DNA of 64,000 nucleotides from Thermoanaerobaculia bacterium (GCA_038245905.1 JBBRRY010000002.1:181606-245605), one strand, 5' to 3'. Positions 32,400 through 43,200 are shown, numbered from the stretch's first letter. A program made the numbers and translations. The notes: a model not told the origin generated them from the letters alone.

Positions 32400-34432
32400 G
32401 GCGTATCTCCCGCCGCGGGCGCGAGCACGAGCGCACAGCTTCCGCCCCGCTCGGCGGCAGCGCCCGCGGGCGGTTCCTGGGACACGACGAACCCGGTTCC
32501 CGAAACGTGTGCCGCAAGTCCGCGTGCCGCGAGGAGCCTGACCGCGTCGCGCGCGCTCCGGCCGGAAACATCCGGCACGCGATCCTCAGCCTCGCCCGCG
32601 CGTTCCGGACGGTTCGACATGGGCACGACGTCGTCGGCATGGAGGCGGGCGCTCAGCGCGGCAGCCGCGGCCCCTCCGGCGAGATCGGCCGTGAGGATCG
32701 AGGGACGCGCCGCCCCGACCGGAGCCGCGGGCTCACGCAGGATGCGAAGCGTGTCCGCGCCGATCGCGGCGAATACGGGCGCCGCGACTTCGCCGCCGTA
32801 CGTCCTTCCCTTCGGCTCGTCCACCACGACGGCGATCACCACGCGGGGATGGTCGGCTGGAGTGAACCCGATGAAGGACGCCACGTACTTCTCCCGGGAG
32901 TAGCCACCACCCGGCATCGCTTTCTGCGCCGTACCGGTCTTGCCGGCTGCGGTGTAACCCGGAATCGCGGCCGCTTTCCCCGTTCCCATCTCGACGACCC
33001 TCTGGAGGAGGACCCGCATCACGCGTGCCGTTTCCGCGCTCATGAGGCGCCGCGGCGCTGGGCCCTCGATGCTCCGTTCCGGCGCACCTGGGATCTGAAT
33101 CGCATGAACCATGTGCACTGCGGGAAGCACGCCGCCGTTCGCGATCGCCGCGTACGCCCGCGCCATCTGCAGGACCGTGACACCAATTTCCTGGCCGAAC
33201 GCCATCGTCGGTAGCGTCAGAGAGCTCCATCCGGCCTTGTCCTGGAGGATGCCCGCGGTCTCACCTTCGAGCTCGACGCCCGTCTTCTGGCCGAATCCGA
33301 AGTCCCTGACCGACTTGTAGAACGGGGCCCGGCCGATCGTCATGGCGACGTGGGCGATTCCGATATTCGAGGAGTGCGCGAGGATGTCCCCGATCGTGAG
33401 CGCGCTCCAACCCTTGCCTCCGTGCTCGTGAATCGTGCTGGATCCGATCGTGAGCGTGCCGCCGCCACAGTCGATCGGGTCGTCGAGAGAGATCGTGCCC
33501 GACTCGAGCGCGGTCGCGGCGGCCACGATCTTGAACGTCGATCCCGGTTCGTAGGCGTCCGCGAGCGGCCGGCAGCGCCGCGCATCGGCGTCCACCTCCG
33601 AGAACCGGTTCGGGTCGAACGTGGGATACGAGGCGAGCGCGAGGATCGCTCCCGTCGCCGGATCGAGAACCACCGCCGAGGCCCCCTTCGCGTGCGATTC
33701 GGCGACGACCTTCGCGAGCTCGCGTTCGGCCGTGTGCTGGATGGCGGTCTGGAGCGTGAGGGTGAGCGACGCTCCCTCGTTGCCCTCGGCCGGAGCGTCG
33801 CCGCCGCCACGCGCCCGCGCCGAGTACGGGCGCTGCGCCGCGTCTTTAAGAAGCGTGACGAGGGCCGGCTTGCCGCGGACGTCGGCGTCGAAGCGATATT
33901 CGAGCCCCGCGAGCCCCTGGTTGTCGGTGCCGACGTAGCCGAGAACCGCCGCCGCGAGCACGCCCTCGGGATAGCGCCGGGCCGATTCCGCGACGAGCTG
34001 GATCCCGGGGAGTCGCTTTTCGGCGATGAGGGTCTTGACGCGCGCGGCCACTCCGTCGCTCACGCGCCTGGCGATCCAGATGAAGTCGCGGTCCGGACTC
34101 TCGAGCTTCCGGGCGAGCTCTTTGGCCGAATGCTTGAGCAGGGGCGCGAGGAGGGCGGCCTCCTTGTCGGCGTCGGCGACGTCCGACGGAATCGCGAACA
34201 CGGACTCGGCGCGGGCGTTGATCGCGAGGTAGGTGCCGTCGGCGGCCTTGATGACGCCGCGCCGCGGGGCGAGCTCGACGGTGCGCTCCTGCTGTCTGGC
34301 GGCACGGCGCGTGAACTCGTCCTTCCGGAGGACCTGCAGGTCGACGAGACGCACAAGGAGAACGAGAATCCACAGCCCGACACCCGCGAGCATGACGAGA
34401 GCGCGGCGGTCCGGGCTCGGGGCGACGCTCAA
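32396..34432 (-). CDS. ftsI: class B penicillin-binding protein (FtsI) with C-terminal PASTA domain
   Basis: RRG.I, RRYP, GLAGLE, EPGSTFK (SxxK), SSN, GKTGTA, PASTA-like VPDVSG..ARDA. Confidence 0.93.
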   Translation of the reverse strand: MSVAPSPDRRALVMLAGVGLWILVLLVRLVDLQVLRKDEFTRRAARQQERTVELAPRRGVIKAADGTYLAINARAESVFAIPSDVADADKEAALLAPLLKHSAKELARKLESPDRDFIWIARRVSDGVAARVKTLIAEKRLPGIQLVAESARRYPEGVLAAAVLGYVGTDNQGLAGLEYRFDADVRGKPALVTLLKDAAQRPYSARARGGGDAPAEGNEGASLTLTLQTAIQHTAERELAKVVAESHAKGASAVVLDPATGAILALASYPTFDPNRFSEVDADARRCRPLADAYEPGSTFKIVAAATALESGTISLDDPIDCGGGTLTIGSSTIHEHGGKGWSALTIGDILAHSSNIGIAHVAMTIGRAPFYKSVRDFGFGQKTGVELEGETAGILQDKAGWSSLTLPTMAFGQEIGVTVLQMARAYAAIANGGVLPAVHMVHAIQIPGAPERSIEGPAPRRLMSAETARVMRVLLQRVVEMGTGKAAAIPGYTAAGKTGTAQKAMPGGGYSREKYVASFIGFTPADHPRVVIAVVVDEPKGRTYGGEVAAPVFAAIGADTLRILREPAAPVGAARPSILTADLAGGAAAAALSARLHADDVVPMSNRPERAGEAEDRVPDVSGRSARDAVRLLAARGLAAHVSGTGFVVSQEPPAGAAAERGGSCALVLAPAAGDTP

Positions 34433-34824
34433 GGCACGGCCTTGCCGGGTGCGGGCGCGGACGGAAGCGGAGAGACAGGAGACACGAGCGCCGTGTCCTT
34501 CACGAGGATGACCTGGTCGAGGGTGGGGGGCACGAGGCCCAGCGTGCCTCGCGCGATGGGCTCCACTCGCGCGAGCGCCGCGGCCTGGGCGCGGTCCATC
34601 TCGAGACGGTGCTTCCTCTCGAGCAGCGCGTCACGGTTCTTCGAGACGCCGGCGAGCTGGTATCCGAGGCCGACGGTTTCAAGATTCGCCCAGATCGCAA
34701 GGAACAGGACCACCGCCGGCGGCACCGCGGCCAGAACGAGGGCGAGGAGCTCACGCGTCCGCCTGCGGTCGCGCTCACGCACGAGATAGAGATTTTCGAC
34801 CGGGCGGCGGACCGCGTACGCCAT
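34429..34824 (-). CDS. ftsL: cell division protein FtsL
   Basis: short protein with one TM and a coiled coil, RVE.IAR..LGL motif, between rsmH and ftsI. Confidence 0.8.
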   Translation of the reverse strand: MAYAVRRPVENLYLVRERDRRRTRELLALVLAAVPPAVVLFLAIWANLETVGLGYQLAGVSKNRDALLERKHRLEMDRAQAAALARVEPIARGTLGLVPPTLDQVILVKDTALVSPVSPLPSAPAPGKAVP

Positions 34825-34835
34825 GGGCGGAATTC

Positions 34836-35807
34836 CTACCGTTGGGGCGTGCCCGGACCGGCGCCGTCCTCGGCGACGCGCTCGAGGACGCGCATCCGCG
34901 CCGAGCGCGCGCGGGGGTTTTCGCCGAGCTCGGCGAGCGTGGGGCGAAGCGACTTGCGCGTGACGAGCGCCATGACGCGGCGCCGCGAGCACACGCATAC
35001 GGGGAACGACGGCGGGCACGAGCAACCCGCCGTGTGGCGGAGGAACGTGTGCTTGACGATGCGATCCTCGAGCGAGTGGTACGACAGGACGGAGAGACGC
35101 GCGCCGAGCGCCAGACGCTCGACCGCGTCGTCGAGGAAGCGCTCGAGCTCGACGAGCTCGCGGTTCGTCGCGATGCGCAGAGCCTGGAAAACGCGGGTCG
35201 CGGGGTCCTTGTGCATCGGGCGCTTCGGCCTCAGAACCTTCAGCACGAGGTTTCTCATCTCGCCGGTCGTCCGGATGGGCGCCGTGTTCCGAGCCTCTAC
35301 GACCTTTCGAGCGATCGGTCCCGCCATGCGCTCCTCCCCCCACTCGCGGAAGATCCGCGTCAACTCTTCGCGTGAGGCCGTCGCCACGAGGTCGGCGGCC
35401 GAAGGTCCCGAAGCGCCCATGCGCATGTCCAGCGGACCTTCCTTCATGAACGAAAACCCCCGCTCCGGGAGGTCCAGCTGCATCGAGGAGACCCCGAGGT
35501 CCGCGAGGATGCCGTCCACGCGCGGCAGGTCGAGACCATCGAGATGGGCCGCGAGATCCTCGTGCCGCCCCTCGACCGTGACGAGCCGGTCGCCGAACGA
35601 GGCGAGCCGCTCGCGGGCGATCCGGAGCGCCTCGGGGTCGCGGTCGATCCCGACGACGCGCGTCTCCGGAGAGGCCTCGAGAAGAGCCCGCGCGTGTCCG
35701 CCGAGGCCGAGCGTCGCGTCGACATAGATCCCGCCCCGCTCCGGCCGGAGCGCCGCGACGACCTCCCGAAGGAGGACGGGGACGTGAACCGCGCCGGCTT
35801 CGGGCAT
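34836..35807 (-). CDS. rsmH: 16S rRNA m4C1402 methyltransferase
   Basis: HVPVLL, DATLGLGGH, DLGVSSMQLD, PLDMRM, FQALRI, YHSLEDR, NPRARSA. Confidence 0.97.
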   Translation of the reverse strand: MPEAGAVHVPVLLREVVAALRPERGGIYVDATLGLGGHARALLEASPETRVVGIDRDPEALRIARERLASFGDRLVTVEGRHEDLAAHLDGLDLPRVDGILADLGVSSMQLDLPERGFSFMKEGPLDMRMGASGPSAADLVATASREELTRIFREWGEERMAGPIARKVVEARNTAPIRTTGEMRNLVLKVLRPKRPMHKDPATRVFQALRIATNRELVELERFLDDAVERLALGARLSVLSYHSLEDRIVKHTFLRHTAGCSCPPSFPVCVCSRRRVMALVTRKSLRPTLAELGENPRARSARMRVLERVAEDGAGPGTPQR

Positions 35808-35813
35808 AGCGCG

Positions 35814-36260
35814 TCAGACGAGATGGCGTGCGAGTTCGTCGTAGTCCTCATCCGTGATCACGGCCGTGCGGAGGTTCTTGAGATGTTTCGTGCGGTCGAC
35901 GAGCTTCAGGTGGTCGGTCTGTCCGAGCACGAGGGCGCCTCCCTCGATCCCCGAGACCTCGCGCAGGAGCGAGGGAACGAGGAGGCGGCCCTGCGCGTCA
36001 ATGCGTGCCACCTGCCCATAGGTGTTGAGGCGCTCCTGAAACTTCGCTTTCGCGCGGTGGATCGCCGGCATCGCGGCCAGCTTTTCCTCCAGCGCGTTCC
36101 AGACCGGCATCGGAAAGACCAGAACATCGACACCGGAAATGGACGTCAGGAAGAATTCGGGCCCGAACGTGTCCTCGATCGGCGCGCGAAAAACGGAAGG
36201 GACCTTGAAGCGGCCCTTCTCATCCACCGTTGTTTCCGCGCTGCCCCGAAGGCGGTCCAT
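35814..36260 (-). CDS. mraZ: division/cell wall cluster repressor MraZ
   Basis: two SpoVT-AbrB repeats (VDEKGRFKVP, IDAQGRLLVP); first gene of the dcw cluster. Confidence 0.93.
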   Translation of the reverse strand: MDRLRGSAETTVDEKGRFKVPSVFRAPIEDTFGPEFFLTSISGVDVLVFPMPVWNALEEKLAAMPAIHRAKAKFQERLNTYGQVARIDAQGRLLVPSLLREVSGIEGGALVLGQTDHLKLVDRTKHLKNLRTAVITDEDYDELARHLV

Positions 36261-36324
36261 ACTCTTCCCCTGGAAAAGAAGTTCGCGGGCGGCGTCGCGG
36301 AAATCCCCCGGTTACCCGGGCAAC

Positions 36325-36358
36325 CCACAAGACGCCACTGTTGACCACTTATTTCCAC
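36325..36358 (-). promoter_or_regulatory. MraZ operator: four GTGG boxes at exact 10-bp spacing
   Basis: CCAC on + at 36325, 36335, 36345 and 36355 (degenerate CCCC/CCCG at 36305/36315), between the promoter and mraZ. Confidence 0.8.
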
Positions 36359-36362
36359 GGCG

Positions 36363-36392
36363 AGTATCCGGCTCGAATCGGGCTGGCGTCAA
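36363..36392 (-). promoter_or_regulatory. putative sigma70 promoter of the dcw operon
   Basis: TTGACG-18 nt-GATACT on the minus strand, directly upstream of the MraZ boxes. Confidence 0.6.
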
Positions 36393-36454
36393 GCGAAATC
36401 CCTCAGGCGGAGCACGTTGCGGACCCGCCACTGCCCCGGTGTACCCTCGGGGCG

Positions 36455-37594
36455 GTGACGGACTCTTCCCCTCTCAGTGGTGTTCGCCTCGTCTCCGAAG
36501 CCGGGTCGTTCGGTGCGCTCCTCACCGCGCTCGACGAGAGCGTCGGCGCCGACGTCGCGCTCGACACGGAGGCGGACTCTTTTCATCACTACTTCGAGAA
36601 GGTGTGCCTCCTACAGCTCTCGTGGGACGGAAGGGCCCACCTCGTGGACCCGCTGCAGTCACTCGACGTCGGTGCCCTCCTCGCGCGGCTCGCGCCGCGC
36701 CGGCTTCTCATGCACGGGGCGGACTACGACCTGAGGCTCCTCTTTCGCGGATACGGCTTTCGCGCGACGTCGCTCTTCGATACGATGTTCGCGGCCCAGC
36801 TTCTCGGCGAGAAGGAGATCGGCCTCGCGGCGCTCCTTCAGGCGCGCGTCGGCGTGACGCTCGACAAGGCGCATCAGCGAGCCGACTGGAGCGAGCGGCC
36901 GCTCACGCCTCCACTCGTCGCTTACGCGGCGGCCGACGTCCTCCACCTCGCGGCGCTCGTCGAGTCGATGGCGCGGGACCTCGAAGCGAAGGGCCGCCTC
37001 GCGTGGCACGCCGAGGAGTGCGCGCGCCTCGCCGCCGCGACTTTCCCGCAGGGACGCGACGCGGATCCCGAGAACGACTGGCGGATCAAGGGCTCGAACG
37101 GCCTGACGGACAAGGAGCGCGCCTTCGCGCGCGCTCTCTGGGAGGCGCGCGACGCCCGCGCCCGCGCCCTCGACCGCCCCCCGTTCCGCGTTCTCACGAA
37201 CGAGCGGCTGCTTCTCGCCGCGAAGCCGGCCGCCGCAGGCGAGAAGGATCTTTCGAAGCTCTTCCCGGGCCCCCGCCCGCTGCCCGACGCCTTCGCCCGC
37301 GCGCTGCGCGAGGCCCTGGAGGGCGCCGCCGCCCTTCCGCCGTCCGAATGGCCGCGGGTCCGCCGCGGCGAACGTGTCGAGTCCGACCCCGCGCTCGAAC
37401 GCGACGTTGAGGCCCTGAAGAAGTCCCGGGACGCGAAGGCCACCGCGCTCGGCCTCGATCCAGGAGTCCTCGCCTCCCGCGCGGTCCTCACGACGGCGGC
37501 GAAGACGCGCCGCGCGAATGGACGCCTGACGGCTGACCTCCTCGTCACCGAGGGCGGGCTCTCGCGCTGGCGCGCCGAGCTCCTCGCGGTCTGA
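36455..37594 (+). CDS. rnd: ribonuclease D (DEDDy exonuclease plus HRDC)
   Basis: ALDTEADS, VCLLQ, HGADYD, FDTMFAA, ADWSERPL, YAAADV, HRDC RD..AR..DRPPF. Confidence 0.9.
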   Translation: MTDSSPLSGVRLVSEAGSFGALLTALDESVGADVALDTEADSFHHYFEKVCLLQLSWDGRAHLVDPLQSLDVGALLARLAPRRLLMHGADYDLRLLFRGYGFRATSLFDTMFAAQLLGEKEIGLAALLQARVGVTLDKAHQRADWSERPLTPPLVAYAAADVLHLAALVESMARDLEAKGRLAWHAEECARLAAATFPQGRDADPENDWRIKGSNGLTDKERAFARALWEARDARARALDRPPFRVLTNERLLLAAKPAAAGEKDLSKLFPGPRPLPDAFARALREALEGAAALPPSEWPRVRRGERVESDPALERDVEALKKSRDAKATALGLDPGVLASRAVLTTAAKTRRANGRLTADLLVTEGGLSRWRAELLAV

Positions 37595-37603
37595 CGCGCC
37601 GGC

Positions 37604-39280
37604 CTAGAACCTCGCGATGAGGCCGCCGTAGGCGTCGCCCTGGTTGAGGTAGTTCGTGTCGTAGTAGTTGTAGCACCCGTAGACCGGGTCGCAGGACGCG
37701 GACGCGCCGCTCGCCGAGTTGATGTAGACGGGCAGCCAGCGCGCGCCGAGGCGGAGTCCGAAGTGGTCGCCAAGGTAGTACTTGATCCCGCCGCCGATGC
37801 TCGCCGAGAAGCGCGAGAGCGTCGAGAGCTCGGGCGAAGGCGTCAGGATCGTGACCCCGAACAGGACGTCGAAGTAGAGGCGGGCTTTGTTGCTCGGGTC
37901 GCCCGACATCCACATCCCGCCGAGTTGGATCGTGTCGACGTTCAAGTGGGAGAGTTTCTCGTCGTTCCCGATCCCGGCCGCCGTGAACTTCGCTGTGAGA
38001 TTCGTGTTCTGGTGGCTCCAGAGGGCCTCGAGGGAGCCCCATGGCGTCACGGCGTATTCGACCGTCAATCCCCAGCTCAGCGAATCCTTCACGTCTACCT
38101 TCTCGATATACGCCGTGGCGGACTCCGACGTCGTGCCGCCGAAACGCCAGCCCGCGGTGGGGGTGATCTCGAAGACCGGGAGGCGCAAGGCCGTCGTCAC
38201 CGGACCGGTACTGACTCCCGCGATCCCGGCGGCCTGGTCGGCCACGCCGGGACCCGCGGCCTGCGAGAAGCCCGGGGGCGGAGGGGGAGGCGTGAAGTAG
38301 GGCCGGGCCTCGGCGTTCACCTTGATGAACGCTTCGCGCTTGAGCTTGTCGAGGTACTCGGCGAGCTTCTTCTGGAACTGGGTGTCCTGCTCGCGCTTGA
38401 GGAGCCCCGCCTTCACGTCGCCGAACGGCTTGTATGAGACGGGGACCTTCTCGATGACCTTCACGAGGTGCCAGCCGAATTTCGTCCCGATCGGGTCCGA
38501 CACCGTTCCCACGGCCAACGAGAACACCGCTTTGTCGATCTCGGCTGTGAGCTCGCCGCGCGCCACCGTGCCGAGATCGCCGCCCCGCGCCTTCGTGGCC
38601 CCGTCCGAATAGTCCTTCACGACGGCCTCGAATTTCGCGCCGCCCTTGACGAGGTCCGAGGCCTCTTTCGCGCGGCGCGCCGCCCGCGCGGGGTCGTCGC
38701 CGTTCGACACGAGGATCTCGGCGAGATGCGCCTTCTCGGGCACGCGCCACGTCTCCTTCTCGCGCTCGTAGATGATGCGCAGGGCGTCGTCCGACAGGTC
38801 GACCTTGCTGTTCACCTCGCGGCCGACGACGCGCTGAAGCGTTACGGTGCGGCGCAGCTGGTCGCGCAGGCGGTCGATCGTGAGGCCGGATTGCGCGAGC
38901 CCCTTCGCAAAGTCCTCGTCCGTCGTGACGTTGTTCTGCTCTTTGAGCCGCTTGATCTGGTCCTCGATCTCGGCGTCCGACGTGACGAGGTCGAGCTCCT
39001 TTGCGCGGTCCTCGAGGAGCGCCTCGTTCACGAGCTCTTCGAGGACGCTCTTTTTCATCTCCTCGCGCTTGGCCGCGTTGGGCGGGGGGCCCGACTCGCG
39101 GATGGTCTGATCGATCCGCGCGTCGAACTGGCTCTGCGTGATGATCCGCGAGTTCACGTGCACGAGGATGCTGTTGACGACCTCGCCGGCCCGAAGAGGC
39201 GCCGCGGCGAGACAGACGGTAAGAGCCGCAAAGAGAAATACTACGGAAAAGAGGACACGGGGGAGCCGAAATGACTTCAC
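37604..39280 (-). CDS. SurA-like chaperone/PpiC rotamase fused to a C-terminal outer-membrane beta-barrel
   Basis: signal peptide, SurA_N-like VNSILVHVNSRIIT, rotamase GGDLG...GWHLVKV, Pro-rich linker, then about 190 aa of amphipathic beta strands ending GLIARF. Confidence 0.8.
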   Translation of the reverse strand: MKSFRLPRVLFSVVFLFAALTVCLAAAPLRAGEVVNSILVHVNSRIITQSQFDARIDQTIRESGPPPNAAKREEMKKSVLEELVNEALLEDRAKELDLVTSDAEIEDQIKRLKEQNNVTTDEDFAKGLAQSGLTIDRLRDQLRRTVTLQRVVGREVNSKVDLSDDALRIIYEREKETWRVPEKAHLAEILVSNGDDPARAARRAKEASDLVKGGAKFEAVVKDYSDGATKARGGDLGTVARGELTAEIDKAVFSLAVGTVSDPIGTKFGWHLVKVIEKVPVSYKPFGDVKAGLLKREQDTQFQKKLAEYLDKLKREAFIKVNAEARPYFTPPPPPPGFSQAAGPGVADQAAGIAGVSTGPVTTALRLPVFEITPTAGWRFGGTTSESATAYIEKVDVKDSLSWGLTVEYAVTPWGSLEALWSHQNTNLTAKFTAAGIGNDEKLSHLNVDTIQLGGMWMSGDPSNKARLYFDVLFGVTILTPSPELSTLSRFSASIGGGIKYYLGDHFGLRLGARWLPVYINSASGASASCDPVYGCYNYYDTNYLNQGDAYGGLIARF

Positions 39281-39328
39281 GGCACGCAGTCTAGCGAAAA
39301 CCGGGCCGAACTCCCCGCCCCCCCGGCC

Positions 39329-40207
39329 TCAGCGCGATTCAGCGCTCTTGGCGTTCGATCCGACGTACGGGAACGGGAGATGATCCTCGACCACCGACAC
39401 CGGAAAGCGCAGGCGGGCTCCGGCGATGGCCTCTCCGACCGCCCGTGCGCTGCGGTCCTCGGCGACCACGATCCGAAGCCCCGGAAGAGCCTCCTCGAAC
39501 GTCACGTCGCGCGCATCGAGGCGCTCGTCGACGCGAAACACGTGGAAACCGTGGGGCGTCGCCAGCACGGTGCTCGTCTTTCCGGTGGAAAGGCTCCACA
39601 CCGCCTTTTCGAACTCGCGGGGCAGGTCGAGGCGTCCGAGGAGGCCCAGCGAGCCACCAGACGCCGCGTTGGGCGCGACGCTCGAGGCGCGCGACACGTC
39701 TCCCCAGCTCTCGCCCATGGCGAGGCGTTTCACCGAGGCGTCGGCATCCTCCCGCGTGCGGAACATGAGCTGCGACACGCGCACGAGGGCGGGCCTCCTG
39801 TAGCGCGCGGGATGGGCGTCGTACTCCCTCCTGAAGTCTGCGTCCTCGAGCGTTTCGAGCCCGGCGACACGATTCAGGAACGCGCGGCGCTTCTCCCGGA
39901 GAGTCGTGCCGGGAACCTTCGGCTCGGCGGCTTCCACGGCTCGCGCGAGAAGCACCTCGTCGAGGTACTGGTCGAGAAGGCTCGAGAGAACGCGCGGCGA
40001 GATGTTCTTCGAGTCTTCGCTCGTCGCCGTCTTCACCCATGCCATGAATGCGTTCAGGGTGACCGGCCGATCGCCCGCCATCGCGATCGTTTCCGGCCGC
40101 GACAGCGCGGGTGGGCCGCTCTTCGGCGCGCAGCCCTCCGAAACGAGGGCCGCGGCGGCCGCCGCAACGAGAGCCACGAGAGCAAATGAAGGCCCGGTGC
40201 GCCTCAT
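39329..40207 (-). CDS. PpiC-type peptidyl-prolyl isomerase, probable lipoprotein
   Basis: signal ending SEGC, GGSLG, FEKAVW, TPHGFHVF; ATGA overlap with mfd. Confidence 0.85.
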   Translation of the reverse strand: MRRTGPSFALVALVAAAAAALVSEGCAPKSGPPALSRPETIAMAGDRPVTLNAFMAWVKTATSEDSKNISPRVLSSLLDQYLDEVLLARAVEAAEPKVPGTTLREKRRAFLNRVAGLETLEDADFRREYDAHPARYRRPALVRVSQLMFRTREDADASVKRLAMGESWGDVSRASSVAPNAASGGSLGLLGRLDLPREFEKAVWSLSTGKTSTVLATPHGFHVFRVDERLDARDVTFEEALPGLRIVVAEDRSARAVGEAIAGARLRFPVSVVEDHLPFPYVGSNAKSAESR

Positions 40208-43200
40208 GCCGATCCCACGAGGAACGAGCCCGGCGCGCCGGGCAGCGCCGCGAGAACCCTTGGGTGCGCAAGGTCGAGGAGGACGCGCGCCACGCGCTCC
40301 GAGACCCCTTGCCCGTCGGCTCCGAGTCCGGCGAACGCCCTCGGAATCCGGAAGGCGTCCGGGCCCGACGCGAAGAGATCGCCCCCTTTCAGCGCCGCGA
40401 CGACCCGTTCCGGATCGAGACCGTGTTCTTTCTCGAGCGTCGCGGCCAGCTCGTCGCCGCGCCGTTGAACGGCCTTGACGCCAAGAGTGCGCGCGAGGAG
40501 CCGGAGCCGCGCGATCTCGAGAAGCCTCTCGAAGGCCGGGGGCGGCGTGCCGTACCGGTCGGCGGCCGTCGCCGCTTCGCGGAGGAGCGTTTCCGCGTCG
40601 GAGGCGGCCGCGATCTTCTTGTAGAGCGCCATGCGGAGGCTCTCCTCCGGGATCCACGCGGACGGAAGGGCAAGGGGGATGCCGAGCTGAAGCGTCACGT
40701 CGCGCGTCTCGGGCACCGGCTCACCCTTGATCGCGGCCATCGCCTCCTCGAGCAGATTCACATAGGTTTCGAACCCGACGGATTCGATGTGGCCCGACTG
40801 CTCGCCGCCGAGAAGGTTTCCGGCGCCCCGGATCTCCAGGTCCTTTGCCGCGATGCGAAAGCCCGCGCCGAGATCCGAGAACTCCTGGATCGCCCGGAGG
40901 CGCCGGCGCGCGTCGTCCGACAGCGGCATGCCGGGCGGCACCAACAGCCAGCAGGAGGCGGCCTTGTCACTCCGGCCAACGCGCCCGCGCAGCTGATAGA
41001 GCTGCGAGAGGCCGTACAGGTCCGCGCGGTCGATGAGCATCGTGTTCGCGGATGGGATGTCGAGTCCGTTCTCGACGATCGTCGTCGCGAGGAGGACGTC
41101 GGCCGCGCGCGTCACGAACGCGCGCATCGCGCGCTCGAGCTCGCCTTCCGACATCTGCCCGTGCGCCGTCACGACGCGGACGTCCGGAACGAGGGACGCC
41201 AGCTTCTCGCGCCAGAAACCCAGCGAGTCGATGCGGTTGTGGACGACGAATACCTGCCCGCCGCGGTCCACCTCGGCGCGGATCGCGTCGCGGATGACGT
41301 CGTCGTTCACGGGCACGACGTGCGTCGCGATCGCAAGCCGGTCCTTCGGAGGCGTCTCGATGACGGAGAGGTCGCGGATGCCGGCAAGAGAGAGGTGGAG
41401 CGACCGGGGGATCGGCGTCGCCGACATCGAGAGGACGTCGACCGACGCGCGCCATCCCTTGATGCGCTCTTTCTGCGCGACACCGAAGCGTTGCTCCTCG
41501 TCTACCACGAGGAGGCCGAGGTCCTTGAACGCGACGTCCTTGCTGAGCAGGCGGTGCGTTCCCACGACGACATCGAGCGTTCCCTCGGCGAGGCGCCGGA
41601 GCAGCTCCTTCTGGTCGTCCTTTCCGCGGAAGCGCGACAGGATGTCGATGGAGACGGGAAATGCCGCGAACCTCCGCTTCAACGTCCGGAAATGCTGGTC
41701 CGCGAGAATCGTCGTCGGCGCGAGGAGGGCGGCCTGCTTGCCGTCCAGCACGCACTTGAACATCGCGCGCATCCCGACCTCGGTCTTCCCGTAACCGACG
41801 TCGCCGCACAGGAGCCGGTCCATCGGCTTGTCGGACTCCATGTCCCGTTTCACGTCCCGGATGGCAGCAGCCTGGTCAGGCGTCTCTGTGTACTCGAACG
41901 CTTCCTCGAACTCTTTCTGCCACGGCGAGTCCTTCGAGAACGCGTGGCCCGGTGCGGCCGCGCGCCTGGCGTAGAGCTTCAGGAGCTGGTCGGCGATGTC
42001 CTTGACGGCCTTCCGCACCGACGATTTCCGCCTCTCCCAGCCGAGGCCGCCCAGCTTGTCGAGCGCGGGCAGAGCTCCTTCCCCCGCCGACGCGTATTTC
42101 TGGATCAGGTCCAGCCGTTCGACGGGCACCAGCAGCTTCGCGTCTCCCGCGTAGCGGAGGTCCACCATCTCGCGCACGAGGCCCGCGTCCTCGATGCGCG
42201 CGAGGCCCGCGAACATCCCGAGGCCGTAGTCGCGATGTACGACAACGTCCCCGACCCTGAGGTCGCGGAGGTCCGACAGGAACGCCTCCGACGCGGACCT
42301 CCGGCGCGGCGCCGAGGAGCGGGGCTCGCCGAAGAGGTCCGTCGCCGTCAGGAGCAGAACCCCCGCAGGCCGGAAGAGGAACCCCGAGCGCGGTCCACCC
42401 GAGACGACGCGGCACGCGCCTGGGGCGAGAGGCGACACGGCGTCCCCGGACGTTCCCTGGTGTTTGATCTCGTATTCGTTGAGGAGTCGCTCTACGTGCT
42501 CCCGCTCGCCCTTCGTCGCTGCGGCGAGGAGAACCGCGAGGCCGTCCTTCCGCGCGCGTCCAACCTCCTTCACGACGTCCGGGAGCCGGTCCTCGAAGGA
42601 CAGGACCGATTCCGCCCCGATCGCGATCGTGTCGCCGGCCGGGACCGCCGGGGCGAAGACGACGAGCGCGCGCCCGACGAGCTCTTCCGTCAGGCGGTCC
42701 ACATCGCCCGCGAGGCGCGCCGGATCGGGTACGACACGGCCGGCCTTGCGGGCCTTCTCGTAGTCGAGGCGCAGAACGTCGGCCGCCCGGACGAGCTCCG
42801 CGGCGACGGCGTCGGCATCGTCGACGGCGAGGATGAAGCTGCCCGCGTAGTCGAGGACGTGGGACTCCGCGCCGAGAAGGAGCGGCAGCAGCTCCTCGAG
42901 GCCGTCGTTCCGGCGAGCGAGCGAGAGGTCACGCGGCACCGGCGGATCGTCGTCCGCCGTGCGGCAGTCCGCGAGGACGCGCAGCGCCGCCTCGCGCATC
43001 GGACGCGTGTCGGGCGAGAGCGCCATGGGCGGGAGCGACACCATGGAAAGCGCGCCCGTCGAGCGCTGCGTATCCGGGTCGAAGGAGCGGATCGACGCGA
43101 TCGCGTTCAGATCGAACTCCACACGTACTGGCTCGGCGAGATGGGGCGGGAAGACATCGAGGAGGCCGCCGCGCACCGCGAGGTCGCCGGTCTCCGTCAC

